Below, piece after piece: positions 17,176-27,501 of a stretch of 64,000 nucleotides of DNA. Position numbers and translations under genes: made by a program. The stretch is from an uncultured Clostridia bacterium. GTDB taxonomy: Bacteria > Bacillota > Clostridia > TANB77 > CAG-508. Position 1 is the first letter of the stretch, and every line of letters starts with the position of its first letter. The notes below the pieces were generated by a model. That model was not told where the DNA came from and ran no database searches. It was given only the letters and a program-made list of their open reading frames with translations. The DNA is taken from NCBI GenBank assembly GCA_947624195.1, contig CANQJH010000002.1, forward strand, positions 20,918-84,917, read 5' to 3'.

Positions 17176-18510
17176 TTAGTTGGTGGAAAGCAGTATTTTT
17201 TTCACACTTTCCACAATTAACTTTGTATTTGAATTAGTTTTAATTTCTTTTTCTATTTTATTGCATGCATGCATTACTGTTGTATGATCTCTTTTTCCAA
17301 AATCATTCCCTATTTGAGGAAGCGACATTTGAGCAACATTTCTACATAAGTACATTGCAATTTGTCTTGGAAAAGTAACATCATTAGACCTCTTTGCCCC
17401 CCTTAAATCTTGAGGTGATATATTAAAGTACTTTCCAACTACATCTTGTATATAATCAGATGAAATAACTTTATCTTGCTGTGAAACAATATCATTAATT
17501 GCCTTTTCTGTCATCTCCATTGTAATAGGACTTCCTGTAAGAGAAGCTTTTGCAATAAGTTTATTAAGAGTCCCTTCAAGCTCTCTAATATTTGAGTCTA
17601 CTCTAGTTGCAATATTAGATAAAATCTCATCATCTATTATAATGTTATCTATTTGAGTTTTTTTCCTTAATATTGCCAAACGCGTCTCATAATCTGGGTT
17701 AGATATATCAGCAATTAATCCCCACTCAAATCTTGATTTTAATCTATCCTCTAAAAGTTCAATATCTTTTGGAGGTTTATCACTTGAAAGAACAATTTGC
17801 TTTCCAGCTTCATATAAAGTGTTAAATGTATGGAAAAATTCCTCCTGAGTGCTTTTTTTGTTTGCAATAAATTGAATATCATCTATTAATAAAACATCTA
17901 TATTTCTGTATTTTTCTCTAAATTTTTCTGTAGCTTGGTCTTTTAATGCATTTATAAGTTGATTAGTAAATGTTTCTGATGTTACATATAAAATATTTGA
18001 GTTAGGATTATTTGATAAAATTTGATTTCCTATAGAATGCATAAGGTGCGTTTTTCCAAGCCCTACTCCCCCATATATAAAAAATGGATTGTATTTTGAT
18101 CCTGGAGTTTCAGCTACACCCATAGCAGCAGCTTGTGCAAATTTATTGTTACTTCCTACTACAAATGTGCTAAATGTATATTTAGGATTAAGGCCAGAAT
18201 TTAATAATGCTTTATTATTCCCCATTATAGGAATCTGAGTTAATGTATCTGTATCGTCATCTTCTAATTTAATTATAACTTTGCATTTTTTATTTGTAAT
18301 AAAATTAAAAGTATTTGTTAGCAAATCTAAGTATCTAGATTCTACTGTATCTCTTTGAAATGAATTAGTAGCTAATAAAACAATAATATTGTCATTAATG
18401 CTTTTTAATTCAAGAGGTTGAATCCATGTTTCATATGTAATAACTGTTGTTTCTTCTTTTAATAATTCTTTTGCCCTATTCCATAGGTCGTTTATTGCTT
18501 CATTAGACAT
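17176..18510 (-). CDS. dnaA: chromosomal replication initiator DnaA
   Basis: Start moved to the ATG at 18510 (MSNEAINDLWNRAKELL) after GAAAGGGA. Walker A GGVGLGKTHL, LLIDDIQF, C-terminal DNA-binding helix FGKRDHTTVMHACNKI. Confidence 0.95.
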   Translation of the reverse strand: MSNEAINDLWNRAKELLKEETTVITYETWIQPLELKSINDNIIVLLATNSFQRDTVESRYLDLLTNTFNFITNKKCKVIIKLEDDDTDTLTQIPIMGNNKALLNSGLNPKYTFSTFVVGSNNKFAQAAAMGVAETPGSKYNPFFIYGGVGLGKTHLMHSIGNQILSNNPNSNILYVTSETFTNQLINALKDQATEKFREKYRNIDVLLIDDIQFIANKKSTQEEFFHTFNTLYEAGKQIVLSSDKPPKDIELLEDRLKSRFEWGLIADISNPDYETRLAILRKKTQIDNIIIDDEILSNIATRVDSNIRELEGTLNKLIAKASLTGSPITMEMTEKAINDIVSQQDKVISSDYIQDVVGKYFNISPQDLRGAKRSNDVTFPRQIAMYLCRNVAQMSLPQIGNDFGKRDHTTVMHACNKIEKEIKTNSNTKLIVESVKKILLSTN

Positions 18511-18557
18511 TACTATTCCCTTTCTGTAAGCATTTATAAAATAAAAAAAGTTATTTA

Positions 18558-18589
18558 ATATCCACATATTGTTTAAATAATGTGGATAA
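18558..18589. promoter_or_regulatory. palindromic DnaA-box pair upstream of dnaA
   Basis: ATATCCACA (18558-18566) and TGTGGATAA (18581-18589). 9-bp inverted repeat tatccacat / atgtggata with a 12-nt spacer. Confidence 0.6.
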
Positions 18590-18704
18590 GAATTTAAATA
18601 ACATTTTCTTTAGTATCTTTTTATACTAAACTATCATATCAAAAATTGTTATAAATAGTCAAGAAAAAATGAAAAATAAATAATTATTTTTTGAGGCAAA
18701 TCTA

Positions 18705-18734
18705 TTGACATAATTGGGTAAAATAGTATATAAT
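18705..18734 (+). promoter_or_regulatory. sigma-A type promoter for rpmH-rnpA
   Basis: TTGACA (18705-18710), 18 nt, TATAAT (18729-18734). Confidence 0.45.
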
Positions 18735-18784
18735 AATAACTACGATTGAATTTATTTAGCAATAGAAAATGGAGGTGCAAATTA

Positions 18785-18910
18785 ATGAAAAGAACATATC
18801 AACCAAAAAATAGACAAAGACAAAAAGAACATGGTTTTCTAAAGAGAATGTCAACAAGAGCAGGAAGAAATGTAATAAAAGCTAGACGTGCTAAGGGTAG
18901 AAAAAAACTA
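18785..18910 (+). CDS. rpmH: 50S ribosomal protein L34 (apparently 3 aa short at the C-terminus)
   Basis: Not in the ORF track (41 aa). [51 protein letters not shown]. After the A6 run (18901-18906) the +1 frame reads KLSA-stop, the canonical L34 ending. Confidence 0.85.
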
Positions 18911-18924
18911 AGTGCGTAAAAATA

Positions 18925-18954
18925 GAGGTCACCGAATTATTAAGTGACCTTTTT
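18925..18954 (+). terminator. intrinsic terminator/attenuator between rpmH and rnpA
   Basis: aggtcac-N11-gtgacct followed by TTTTT. Confidence 0.55.
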
Positions 18955-18966
18955 TAAGGTATTAAA

Positions 18967-19305
18967 ATGAAAAATATAAAAACTTTAAAAATGAATTATG
19001 AGTTTAAAAATGTTTTTAATAAAGGAAAATATTATATTGGGAAACAAGTTATTTTATATGATTTGAAAAATAAATATGAATATAATAGGCTTGGTATTGC
19101 AATTAGCACAAAATTATGCAAAGCAGTTAAAAGAAATGAAATCAAAAGAAAGATAAGAGCTGCATACCAAGAACTTGAAAAAGGCACCAAAAAAGGACAT
19201 GACTTAGTATTTATATGGAACAAAAAAGAGGATATCAATAATCTTTCATACAGTGAGATTTATAATGATATAAAATCTATGTTTTCTAAAATAGGTATAT
19301 TGTAA
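18967..19305 (+). CDS. rnpA: RNase P protein component
   Basis: 112-aa basic protein directly after rpmH. FKNVFNKGK...LGIAISTKLCKAVKRNEIKRKIR is typical of RnpA. Confidence 0.85.
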   Translation: MKNIKTLKMNYEFKNVFNKGKYYIGKQVILYDLKNKYEYNRLGIAISTKLCKAVKRNEIKRKIRAAYQELEKGTKKGHDLVFIWNKKEDINNLSYSEIYNDIKSMFSKIGIL

Positions 19306-19523
19306 TGAAAAATTTCTTTATAAAAATAATATGTTTTTACCAGAAAAAAATATCTCCAGCTTTGCGTAACCACGGAATTAATTGCAAATACTATCCTAGC
19401 TGTTCAGAGTATATGAAGCAAGCCATTGAAAAATATGGATGTATAAAAGGAATTTTTTTAGGTACTGTTAGACTATTAAAGTGTAATCCATTTTCAAAAG
19501 GTGGAGTAGATTTGCTAAAATGA
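19305..19523 (+). CDS. yidD: membrane protein insertion efficiency factor YidD
   Basis: 72 aa. ISPALR...CKYYPSCSEYMKQAIEKYG...G..LGT.RLLKCNPF signature. ATG overlaps the rnpA stop. Confidence 0.9.
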   Translation: MKNFFIKIICFYQKKISPALRNHGINCKYYPSCSEYMKQAIEKYGCIKGIFLGTVRLLKCNPFSKGGVDLLK

Positions 19524-19536
19524 AAGGAGCATATTA

Positions 19537-20595
19537 ATGGGATTTATAGCTAGTTTATTAGGTTATATATTAAATTTTATATATAATTTTGTACAAAACT
19601 ATGGCTGGGCAATTATTATATTTTCTGTTTTATTAAGATTAGTATTATTACCACTTACTATAAAACAGCAAAAAACAATGAAAAAAACTGCTAAAATACA
19701 AGAAAAACTTAAATCTTTACAGATAAAATATAAAAGTGACCCAGAAAAGTTAAATAGAGAAACTATGGATTTATACAAAAGGGAGAAGGTAAGTCCTTTT
19801 TCTGGATGTTTAAGTTCAATACTACAATTAGTATTATTCTTATCTGTATTTTATCTAGTAAGTAGACCATTAACATACATGAAAAATCTTGATAAAGTAA
19901 TGTATACTGGAGAGCAGACAGTAGTACAAAATGAAATAAATGACCAAAATGTTACTGAAGTTGGAAATGAAATTATAGAAGGAAACTCTGATGAAAATGA
20001 AAGTGGAGTTGTAGAAGGAAACTTTACTGAAACTGAAAACGGAGTTATAGTAGAAAATTCTGAAAATAAAGAAGGAAATATCAGCATTATAGAACATTAT
20101 GAAAATGAATTAAAAAGACAAAACGAAGGACGTGGAGCTAACTATGTTGAAATAGAAATAATTAATAAATACAGAGATAAAGATGAAAGAGTTAATATTA
20201 ACATGAACTTCTTAGGTTTAGACTTAAGTAAAATTCCAATTAATAACCTAAAAGATATAAGTGTATATATTATTCCGCTATTATATATAATAACAACATT
20301 TATTAATATAAAAATATCTACAGCTCTAACACAAGCAAATAGTAAGAAAAAAGAAGTTGTAGAGAAAAAAGTTTCAAAGGATGGGGAAGAGACTACAGAA
20401 GAGCAACTTGAAAGCATGCAACAAATGACAAATAGCATGAATTATATGATGCCTATAATGTCAATAGCAATAGCTATAATTGCTCCTTTAGGATTATCAT
20501 TATATTGGTTTATAAGTAATTCACTTCAATTAATCGAAAGAGTTATAATAAGTAAAGTATTTAAAGATAAAGAAAAAGCAGAAAATGCAGACTAG
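19537..20595 (+). CDS. yidC: membrane protein insertase YidC/SpoIIIJ with an about 80-aa acidic low-complexity insertion
   Basis: YGWAIIIFSVLLRLVLLPLTIKQQKTMKK and the C-terminal LGLSLYWFISN motifs. Insert at about residues 122-200 contains a 36-nt in-frame tandem duplication (19978-20013 / 20014-20049). Confidence 0.88.
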   Translation: MGFIASLLGYILNFIYNFVQNYGWAIIIFSVLLRLVLLPLTIKQQKTMKKTAKIQEKLKSLQIKYKSDPEKLNRETMDLYKREKVSPFSGCLSSILQLVLFLSVFYLVSRPLTYMKNLDKVMYTGEQTVVQNEINDQNVTEVGNEIIEGNSDENESGVVEGNFTETENGVIVENSENKEGNISIIEHYENELKRQNEGRGANYVEIEIINKYRDKDERVNINMNFLGLDLSKIPINNLKDISVYIIPLLYIITTFINIKISTALTQANSKKKEVVEKKVSKDGEETTEEQLESMQQMTNSMNYMMPIMSIAIAIIAPLGLSLYWFISNSLQLIERVIISKVFKDKEKAENAD

Positions 20596-20627
20596 ATAAT
20601 TATTTAATGACAGAGGGAGGAAATGAT

Positions 20628-21323
20628 ATGAAATCTATAATCTCAGAAGGAAAAACTTCAAATGAAGCAATAGAAAATGGATTAAAAGAACTTGGATTAA
20701 CTCGTAGTGATGTAGAAGTCAAAGTATTGGAAAATGAAGAAAAGAGGAGCTTCTATAGTATACTTTCACCAAGAATAGTAAAAGTAGAATTAACTGTTAA
20801 AGAAAACAGAGAAAAAGCTACAGAAAAGCCAAGAAATATAGTTAAAGAAGAAAAGGAATTAAGCGAAGAAAATTACAATTTGGCGAAAGAAGATTTAACA
20901 TTATTTTTAGATAAATTTTTATCTAATTTTGAAGGTGTTACATATGAAATTAATAAAAATAATAATTTAGTAGAAATTAAAATTTCTGGTGAAAATTCAA
21001 GTAAATTAATAGGATATAGGGGAGATATAATTAACTCTTTACAAACTATTATTTCTACAATAGCAAATAAACGCACAACAGACAGAGTAAGAATTTCTTT
21101 AGATATATGTGATTATAAATCTAAGAGAGAAAAGACTTTAAAAGAATTAGCTAGAAAGCTTGAAAAGACAGTAATAAGAACAAAAAGAAAAGTAGTTTTA
21201 GAGCCAATGACAGCATATGAAAGAAAGATTTTACATACTGAATTACAAAATAGTACAGCTGTTACTACATACAGCATTGGGGAAGAACCTCACAGAAAAT
21301 TAGTAGTAGATATAAAAAAATAA
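20628..21323 (+). CDS. jag: Jag/KhpB RNA-binding protein (Jag_N, KH, R3H)
   Basis: Start moved to the ATG at 20628, 7 nt after GAGGGAGG. GKTSNEAIENGLKELGL (Jag_N) and the C-terminal ERKILHTELQN...GEEPHRKLVV (R3H). Confidence 0.88.
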   Translation: MKSIISEGKTSNEAIENGLKELGLTRSDVEVKVLENEEKRSFYSILSPRIVKVELTVKENREKATEKPRNIVKEEKELSEENYNLAKEDLTLFLDKFLSNFEGVTYEINKNNNLVEIKISGENSSKLIGYRGDIINSLQTIISTIANKRTTDRVRISLDICDYKSKREKTLKELARKLEKTVIRTKRKVVLEPMTAYERKILHTELQNSTAVTTYSIGEEPHRKLVVDIKK

Positions 21324-21385
21324 TTTAATAAAAATCGAAGTCAAAGTTCGAGATTAGTTTTATAAACGGTCTTACTTTGACTTTT

Positions 21386-21598
21386 ATTTAAATAATAAAC
21401 AAATTAGTTAATTAAAAAAGTATAAAATTAATAAATAAAAAATAAGAAGTAAATCAAATTATAGATAAAAATAAAAAAGCAAGAAAAAATTAATATAAAA
21501 ATATTAAAAAATAATATAAAAAAATAAAAAAACAAAAATTGAATAAGTAAAAAATAATTAATTTAAATTAATTGAAAGAGGGTAAATAAAAAATAAAA
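21386..21598. repeat. A-rich strand-asymmetric low-complexity spacer upstream of mnmE
   Basis: About 210 nt dominated by A-runs on the plus strand, with no ORF. Confidence 0.8.
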
Positions 21599-22972
21599 AT
21601 GGAAAAAACGATAGCTGCAATTTCAACAGCCTCAGGAAATGGGGGAATAGGAATAGTTAGATTATCAGGACCAAAAAGTTTTGAAATAATAAATAAGATC
21701 TTTATTCCTAAAAATAAATCAAATAATATAAAAGGATATACAATTAAATATGGAAATATAATTAATCCAGAAAATAACGAAATTCTTGATGAAGTTTTAG
21801 TTTCGTATTTTGTTCATCCTCATAGTTATACTAAGGAGGATATGTGTGAAATTAATACACACGGAGGAATCGTAGTTGAGAGAAAAATTTTAGATGTATG
21901 TATACAAAATGGAGCAGAACTTGCTGAACCTGGCGAGTTTACTAAGAGAGCATTTTTAAATGGAAGAATTGATTTGGCACAAGCTGAATCTATTATTGAT
22001 TTAATAAATGCAAAATCTGACAAAGAAGCAAAAGAGTCTGTAAAAGGGCTAAAGGGAGAGCTTTCTAAAAAAATAAATGATATAGAAAATAAAATTACAG
22101 ACATAATGGTTAATATTGAAGTAGTAGTTGATTATCCTGAATATGATGTCGAAGAAATAACTAATAGTCAAACTTTAGAAAAACTAAATGAAATATATAA
22201 TTTACTTCAAGATTTAGAGAAAAGTTTTGATAGAGGCAAATTACTAAGAGATGGGATAAAAACAGTTATTTTTGGAAAACCAAATGCAGGCAAGTCATCT
22301 TTACTTAATGCCATTTTAAATGAAGAAAGAGCGATAGTAAGTAACATTGAAGGAACGACTAGAGACTCAATAGAGGAATATATTAATATAGAGGGAATTT
22401 CTTTAAAATTAATAGATACAGCAGGAATAAGAAAAACTGATAATGAAATTGAAAAAATAGGGGTAGAGAAGAGTAAAAATTTTGCTAACGAAGCAGATTT
22501 AATCATTGCAATATTTGATTTATCTAGTGATTTCAATAATGATGATCAAGAAATTGTAGAAATAATTAAAGATAAAAATGCAATTATAGTTTTAAATAAG
22601 GTTGACATAATACAAGAAAACAAAATTATAGAAAGCAAATTAAAAGAATTAAATAAGCCTATAATCAAAATATCAGCGGAAAACAAACAAGGACTGGAAG
22701 AATTGTATAAATGCATAGTTGACGTATTTAGCTTAAATAATATATCTAATGATAATAGCGTACTAATAACGAATGAAAGACATAAAAATCAAATAAGAAA
22801 AGCAAAAGAGAATATAAAAAAATCAATTGAATCTGTTCAAATGAATATGCCAATCGACATATCTTCGATACACATAAAGCAGGCATTAGAAGACTTAGGA
22901 GAGATAACTGGTAAAAATGCATCAGAAGATATAATTAATGAAATATTTAAAAAGTTTTGCCTAGGAAAATAG
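21599..22972 (+). CDS. mnmE: tRNA modification GTPase MnmE
   Basis: 457 aa. TIAAISTA.G.GGIGIVRLSG, G1 GKPNAGKSSLLN, DTAGIR, C-terminal FCLGK. Confidence 0.95.
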   Translation: MEKTIAAISTASGNGGIGIVRLSGPKSFEIINKIFIPKNKSNNIKGYTIKYGNIINPENNEILDEVLVSYFVHPHSYTKEDMCEINTHGGIVVERKILDVCIQNGAELAEPGEFTKRAFLNGRIDLAQAESIIDLINAKSDKEAKESVKGLKGELSKKINDIENKITDIMVNIEVVVDYPEYDVEEITNSQTLEKLNEIYNLLQDLEKSFDRGKLLRDGIKTVIFGKPNAGKSSLLNAILNEERAIVSNIEGTTRDSIEEYINIEGISLKLIDTAGIRKTDNEIEKIGVEKSKNFANEADLIIAIFDLSSDFNNDDQEIVEIIKDKNAIIVLNKVDIIQENKIIESKLKELNKPIIKISAENKQGLEELYKCIVDVFSLNNISNDNSVLITNERHKNQIRKAKENIKKSIESVQMNMPIDISSIHIKQALEDLGEITGKNASEDIINEIFKKFCLGK

Positions 22973-23172
22973 AAAATTAAAAGATAATTTAAAGTAAATA
23001 AAAAAATAAATAATGTAAAAGGTGAAAATCAAAGACCAAAACAAAACTAAAAAAATTCAAAACCGAACAAAAATAAAAAATTAAAAAATAAGAGAAAATA
23101 ATCACATAAAAAATAGACTTTTTAATAAATTTATTAGTTCGAGTTTCATAAAAAACGTAAAAGGAGTAGAAG
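22973..23172. repeat. A-rich strand-asymmetric spacer between mnmE and mnmG
   Basis: 200 nt, A-dominated on the plus strand, no ORF. It separates two genes that are usually tightly linked. Confidence 0.8.
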
Positions 23173-25056
23173 ATGAGCTATAATGCAGGAAAATATAATG
23201 TAGCAGTTATTGGTGCAGGACATGCTGGATGCGAAGCAGGACTAGCATGTGCCAGAATGGGTATGAAGACTTTAGTATTTTCAATTAGTCTAGAAGCTGT
23301 CGCAAATATGCCTTGTAATCCACATATAGGAGGAAGTTCAAAAGGACATATAGTTAGAGAAATAGACTGTTTAGGTGGAGAGATGGGCAAAAATATTGAC
23401 AAAACATATACTCAATTAAAAATGCTAAATACTTCAAAGGGACCAGCTGTATATTCGTTAAGAGCACAAGCAGACAGAAAAAGGTATCAAGCTGAGATGA
23501 AGCATACTTTAGAAAAGCAAGAGAATCTATTCTTGAAGCAAGCTGAAATTGTCAATATTAATGTAGAGAATAACAAAGTTAAATCAGTAGAAACAAACAT
23601 TGGCGCTATTTATGAAGTAGATAGTGTTATTTTGGCAACCGGTACATATTTAGGAGGTATGATACATATAGGAGATGTATCATATTCAAGTGGACCAGAT
23701 GGGGTAGCTGCTGCAAATAAGCTTACAGATATTTTGAAAAATCTAGGTATAAAGATTAATAGATTTAAAACAGGAACTCCTGCAAGGGTTAATAAAAGGA
23801 GCCTAGATTTAGATAAAATGGAAATTCAAAACGGTGATGAAGAATTAGTCCCATTTTCTTTGGAAAGCAATTTCTCAAAATGTGATAATCAGCTTCCATG
23901 TTATCTAACATATACTAATGAAAATACTCACAACATTATAAGAAATAATCTAGACAAATCACCACTATACTCTGGAAAGATACATGGAACAGGACCTAGA
24001 TATTGCCCTTCAATAGAAGATAAAGTAGTAAGATTTGCAGACAAAGAAAGACATCAACTATTTATTGAACCAATAGGTAGAGATACCGATGAAATGTATG
24101 TTCAAGGTATGAGTTCATCACTTCCAGAAGAAGTGCAAATTGCAATGTATAGAACCATTCCAGGTATGGAACATGTGGAATTTACTAGACCAGCATACGC
24201 TATTGAATATGACTGCATATATCCACAAGAATTAAAACTATCATTAGAACACAAAACAATCAATGGCTTATTCTTTGCTGGACAAATAAATGGAACGTCT
24301 GGATATGAAGAAGCAGCAGCACAAGGCTTAATGGCAGGAATAAATGCATCATTAAAGATAAAAGGTAAAGAGCCACTTATATTAGACAGATCACAAGCAT
24401 ATATAGGAGTATTAATTGATGATATTGTTACAAAAGGAACAAATGAACCATATAGAATGATGACTTCAAGAGCAGAGTATAGGCTACTTTTAAGACAAGA
24501 TAATGCAGATTTAAGACTAACAGAGATAGGTCATAAGATAGGTTTAATATCAGATAAAAGATATAAAGATTTTATTTTAAAAAAGGAAAACATAGAAAAG
24601 GAAGTTAAAAGAATAAAAAATACTGTAATTAAACCAACTGAGAAAGTTAATAAATTTCTAGAAGAATACAACTCAAGTAAAATTGCTACAGGAGTAAAAT
24701 TAGCAGATTTACTAAAACGAACAGAATTAGATTATGACAAACTATCAGAAATAGATGAGGAAAGACCAAAACTAAGTAAAGAAGAAGCAGAAGAAATTAA
24801 TATAATGGTCAAATATGAAGGTTACATCAAATTAGAAGAAGAACAGGTAGAAAAATTTAAAAAGCTAGAAAATAAAAAAATTGATGAAAAGATAAATTTT
24901 GAAGATATTAAAGGCTTAAGACTAGAAGCAAGACAAAAATTAAACAAGGTAAAACCTACTTCAGTAGGTCAAGCTTCAAGAATATCAGGAGTTTCACCTG
25001 CTGATATATCAGTATTATTAATTTATTTAGAAACATTAAAAAAGGATAATAAATAA
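23173..25056 (+). CDS. mnmG: tRNA uridine 5-carboxymethylaminomethyl modification enzyme MnmG (GidA)
   Basis: 627 aa. FAD fold [41 protein letters not shown]. Confidence 0.96.
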   Translation: MSYNAGKYNVAVIGAGHAGCEAGLACARMGMKTLVFSISLEAVANMPCNPHIGGSSKGHIVREIDCLGGEMGKNIDKTYTQLKMLNTSKGPAVYSLRAQADRKRYQAEMKHTLEKQENLFLKQAEIVNINVENNKVKSVETNIGAIYEVDSVILATGTYLGGMIHIGDVSYSSGPDGVAAANKLTDILKNLGIKINRFKTGTPARVNKRSLDLDKMEIQNGDEELVPFSLESNFSKCDNQLPCYLTYTNENTHNIIRNNLDKSPLYSGKIHGTGPRYCPSIEDKVVRFADKERHQLFIEPIGRDTDEMYVQGMSSSLPEEVQIAMYRTIPGMEHVEFTRPAYAIEYDCIYPQELKLSLEHKTINGLFFAGQINGTSGYEEAAAQGLMAGINASLKIKGKEPLILDRSQAYIGVLIDDIVTKGTNEPYRMMTSRAEYRLLLRQDNADLRLTEIGHKIGLISDKRYKDFILKKENIEKEVKRIKNTVIKPTEKVNKFLEEYNSSKIATGVKLADLLKRTELDYDKLSEIDEERPKLSKEEAEEINIMVKYEGYIKLEEEQVEKFKKLENKKIDEKINFEDIKGLRLEARQKLNKVKPTSVGQASRISGVSPADISVLLIYLETLKKDNK

Positions 25057-25058
25057 TT

Positions 25059-25745
25059 ATGGATATAATTGAAAAAATGAATATTAATGAAAATCAAGCA
25101 AAGCTATTTAATGAATATATGCAACTATTATTAGAATGGAACGAAAAAATAAATTTAACAGCAATTACTCAAAAAGATGAGATTATATTAAAACATTTCA
25201 TAGATTCATTAACAATATCAAAATATATTCAAAAGAATCAAAGAATAATTGATGTGGGCACAGGAGCTGGATTTCCTGGAATTCCACTAAAAATAGTAAA
25301 TCCAGATTTGAACATTACACTATTAGATTCATTAAATAAAAGAATTAATTTCTTAAATGAAGTAATAGATAAACTTAAACTAACGGAAATAGAAGCAGTT
25401 CACGGGAGAGCTGAAGATTTAGGAAGAAATAAAAAATATAGAGAAAGCTTTGATGTAGCAGTTTCAAGAGCAGTGGCTAATCTAAGCACATTACTAGAAT
25501 ATCTTATGCCATTTGTAAAAGTAGGAGGAACCTGCATTTGTATGAAAGGACCTAATATTGAAAAAGAGCTGGAAGAAGGTAAAAGAGCAATAGTAGAGCT
25601 AGGAGGCAGAATACAAAAAATAGATAAATTTTACTTACCTGATTCTGATATAGAAAGAAATATTATAATCATAAAAAAAGTAAATAAAATAAAAGATAAG
25701 TATCCAAGAAAAGCTGGAACACCAGCAAAAGAGCCAATTAGATAA
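25059..25745 (+). CDS. rsmG: 16S rRNA m7G527 methyltransferase RsmG
   Basis: 228 aa. NLTAIT...HF.DSL, SAM motif IDVGTGAGFPGIPLKI. Confidence 0.93.
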   Translation: MDIIEKMNINENQAKLFNEYMQLLLEWNEKINLTAITQKDEIILKHFIDSLTISKYIQKNQRIIDVGTGAGFPGIPLKIVNPDLNITLLDSLNKRINFLNEVIDKLKLTEIEAVHGRAEDLGRNKKYRESFDVAVSRAVANLSTLLEYLMPFVKVGGTCICMKGPNIEKELEEGKRAIVELGGRIQKIDKFYLPDSDIERNIIIIKKVNKIKDKYPRKAGTPAKEPIR

Positions 25746-25801
25746 AGTAAAAAATATACATTAATTTATATAAAATAAAATATAAACAAGCAAATTTGTT
25801 A

Positions 25802-25830
25802 TTGACATATTGCTTGTTTTTTTGTATTAT
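25802..25830 (+). promoter_or_regulatory. sigma-A type promoter for soj-spo0J
   Basis: TTGACA (25802-25807), 17 nt, TATTAT (25825-25830). Confidence 0.5.
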
Positions 25831-25854
25831 ATAAAAAGACTGGAGGATATAACA

Positions 25855-26619
25855 GTGGGAAAAATAATATCAGTTGCAAATCAAAAAGGAGGAGTAGGAA
25901 AGACTACAACCGCAATTAATATGGCAGCTTTACTTGCAAAAAAAGGCAAGAAAGTTTTATTAATTGATGCTGATCCACAAGGTAATGCTACAAGTGGATT
26001 AGGATTAGATAAAGATAGTGAGTTTTCTACTTATGATATTCTTATAAATGATGTTGAAATACACAATACAATACAAAGAGCAAAAGTTAAAAATTTAGAC
26101 ATATGCCCTACGAACATGAGTTTGGCAGGAGCTGAGGTAGAACTAGTCGGAGCAGTAGGTAGAGAGTACAGATTAAAGGATAAACTCGACAAAGCAAAAG
26201 ATAATTATGATTACATAATTATAGATTGCCCACCATCATTAGGATTAATTACTTTAAATGCTTTAACAGCTTCAGATAGTGTATTGATACCTGTACAATG
26301 CGAATATTTCGCACTAGAGGGTGTAGGCGAATTACTAAAAACAATTGATTTAGTTAGAAGGTATTATAATAGGACTCTTAGCATAGAAGGAGCTGTGCTA
26401 ACTATGTATGACCCTAGAACAAAACTATCAAATCAAGTAGTTACTGAAATAACAAAATATTTTGAAAATAAAGTATTTGACACAGTAATACCACGAAATG
26501 TAAGACTAAGCGAAGCACCAAGTTATGGTTTACCAATTACATTATATGACCCAAGGTCAAAAGGTGCCAGAAGCTATGAAAAGCTTGTAAAAGAATTTTT
26601 AAAAAAGAATAAAGATTAG
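25855..26619 (+). CDS. soj: chromosome partitioning ATPase ParA/Soj
   Basis: Start moved to the GTG at 25855 after GGAGGA. VANQKGGVGKTTT deviant Walker A, IIIDCPPSLG. Confidence 0.93.
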   Translation: MGKIISVANQKGGVGKTTTAINMAALLAKKGKKVLLIDADPQGNATSGLGLDKDSEFSTYDILINDVEIHNTIQRAKVKNLDICPTNMSLAGAEVELVGAVGREYRLKDKLDKAKDNYDYIIIDCPPSLGLITLNALTASDSVLIPVQCEYFALEGVGELLKTIDLVRRYYNRTLSIEGAVLTMYDPRTKLSNQVVTEITKYFENKVFDTVIPRNVRLSEAPSYGLPITLYDPRSKGARSYEKLVKEFLKKNKD

Positions 26620-26633
26620 AAAGGAAAAAAGAA

Positions 26634-27497
26634 ATGGCTAAAAATTCAGGATTAGGAAGAGGATTGGATGCATTATTCTCTGAAAGTAAAGTTTTAAAAG
26701 AAATAAAAGAAGTGAGCAGTGAAGGTGAGACAATAAAAAAAATAAAAGTTGTTGATATTGAACCAAATACAGAACAAGCAAGAAAAACTTTTAGTGAAGA
26801 ATCAATAGAAGAATTAGCACAGTCAATTAAAACTTATGGTATATTACAACCAATTATAGTAGAAAATAAAGGTAACTTTTATAAAATAATCGCAGGAGAG
26901 AGAAGATGGAGAGCCGCTAAGAAAGCAGGACTAAAAGAAGTGCCTTGTTTAGTAAGAGATGAAGACGAACAAAAAAACAAAGAAATTTCCCTTATAGAAA
27001 ATATACAAAGAGAAAATCTAAATCCAATTGAAAAAGCGCTAGGCTATAAACAACTAATAGATAACTATAATTTAAGACAACAAGACTTAGCAGATAGACT
27101 AGGAATAAGTAGAACTAATGTAACAAATACTTTAAGAATATTAAATCTAAATCCAAGAGTTATAAATTTAGCACTTGAAGGAAAGCTAACAGAAGGACAT
27201 TGTAGGTCTCTTATGGCTTTAACAGATGGGGAAGCACAGTATAATACTGCATTAAAAATCATAGAAAATGGTGGTACAGTTAGAGATATTGAAAGAACTG
27301 TAAAAAATAAGAATAAAGTTCCTAAAAAAGACAAAAAATATGAAGCAATATATAGAGAAATAGAAGACTCATTTAGAGACTTCTTTGGAACAAAAGTAAA
27401 ATTAAATGCAGGACAAAGAAGCGGAAAAATAGTAATCCAATATTCATCAAATGATGAACTCGAGAGAATATTAGATATTATTAGAAGGGAACAATAA
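26634..27497 (+). CDS. spo0J: chromosome partitioning protein ParB/Spo0J
   Basis: 287 aa. GLGRGLDALF, ParB box IIAGERRWRAAKKAGL, HTH LADRLGISRTNVTNTLRIL. Confidence 0.95.
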   Translation: MAKNSGLGRGLDALFSESKVLKEIKEVSSEGETIKKIKVVDIEPNTEQARKTFSEESIEELAQSIKTYGILQPIIVENKGNFYKIIAGERRWRAAKKAGLKEVPCLVRDEDEQKNKEISLIENIQRENLNPIEKALGYKQLIDNYNLRQQDLADRLGISRTNVTNTLRILNLNPRVINLALEGKLTEGHCRSLMALTDGEAQYNTALKIIENGGTVRDIERTVKNKNKVPKKDKKYEAIYREIEDSFRDFFGTKVKLNAGQRSGKIVIQYSSNDELERILDIIRREQ

Positions 27498-27501
27498 CAA
27501 G

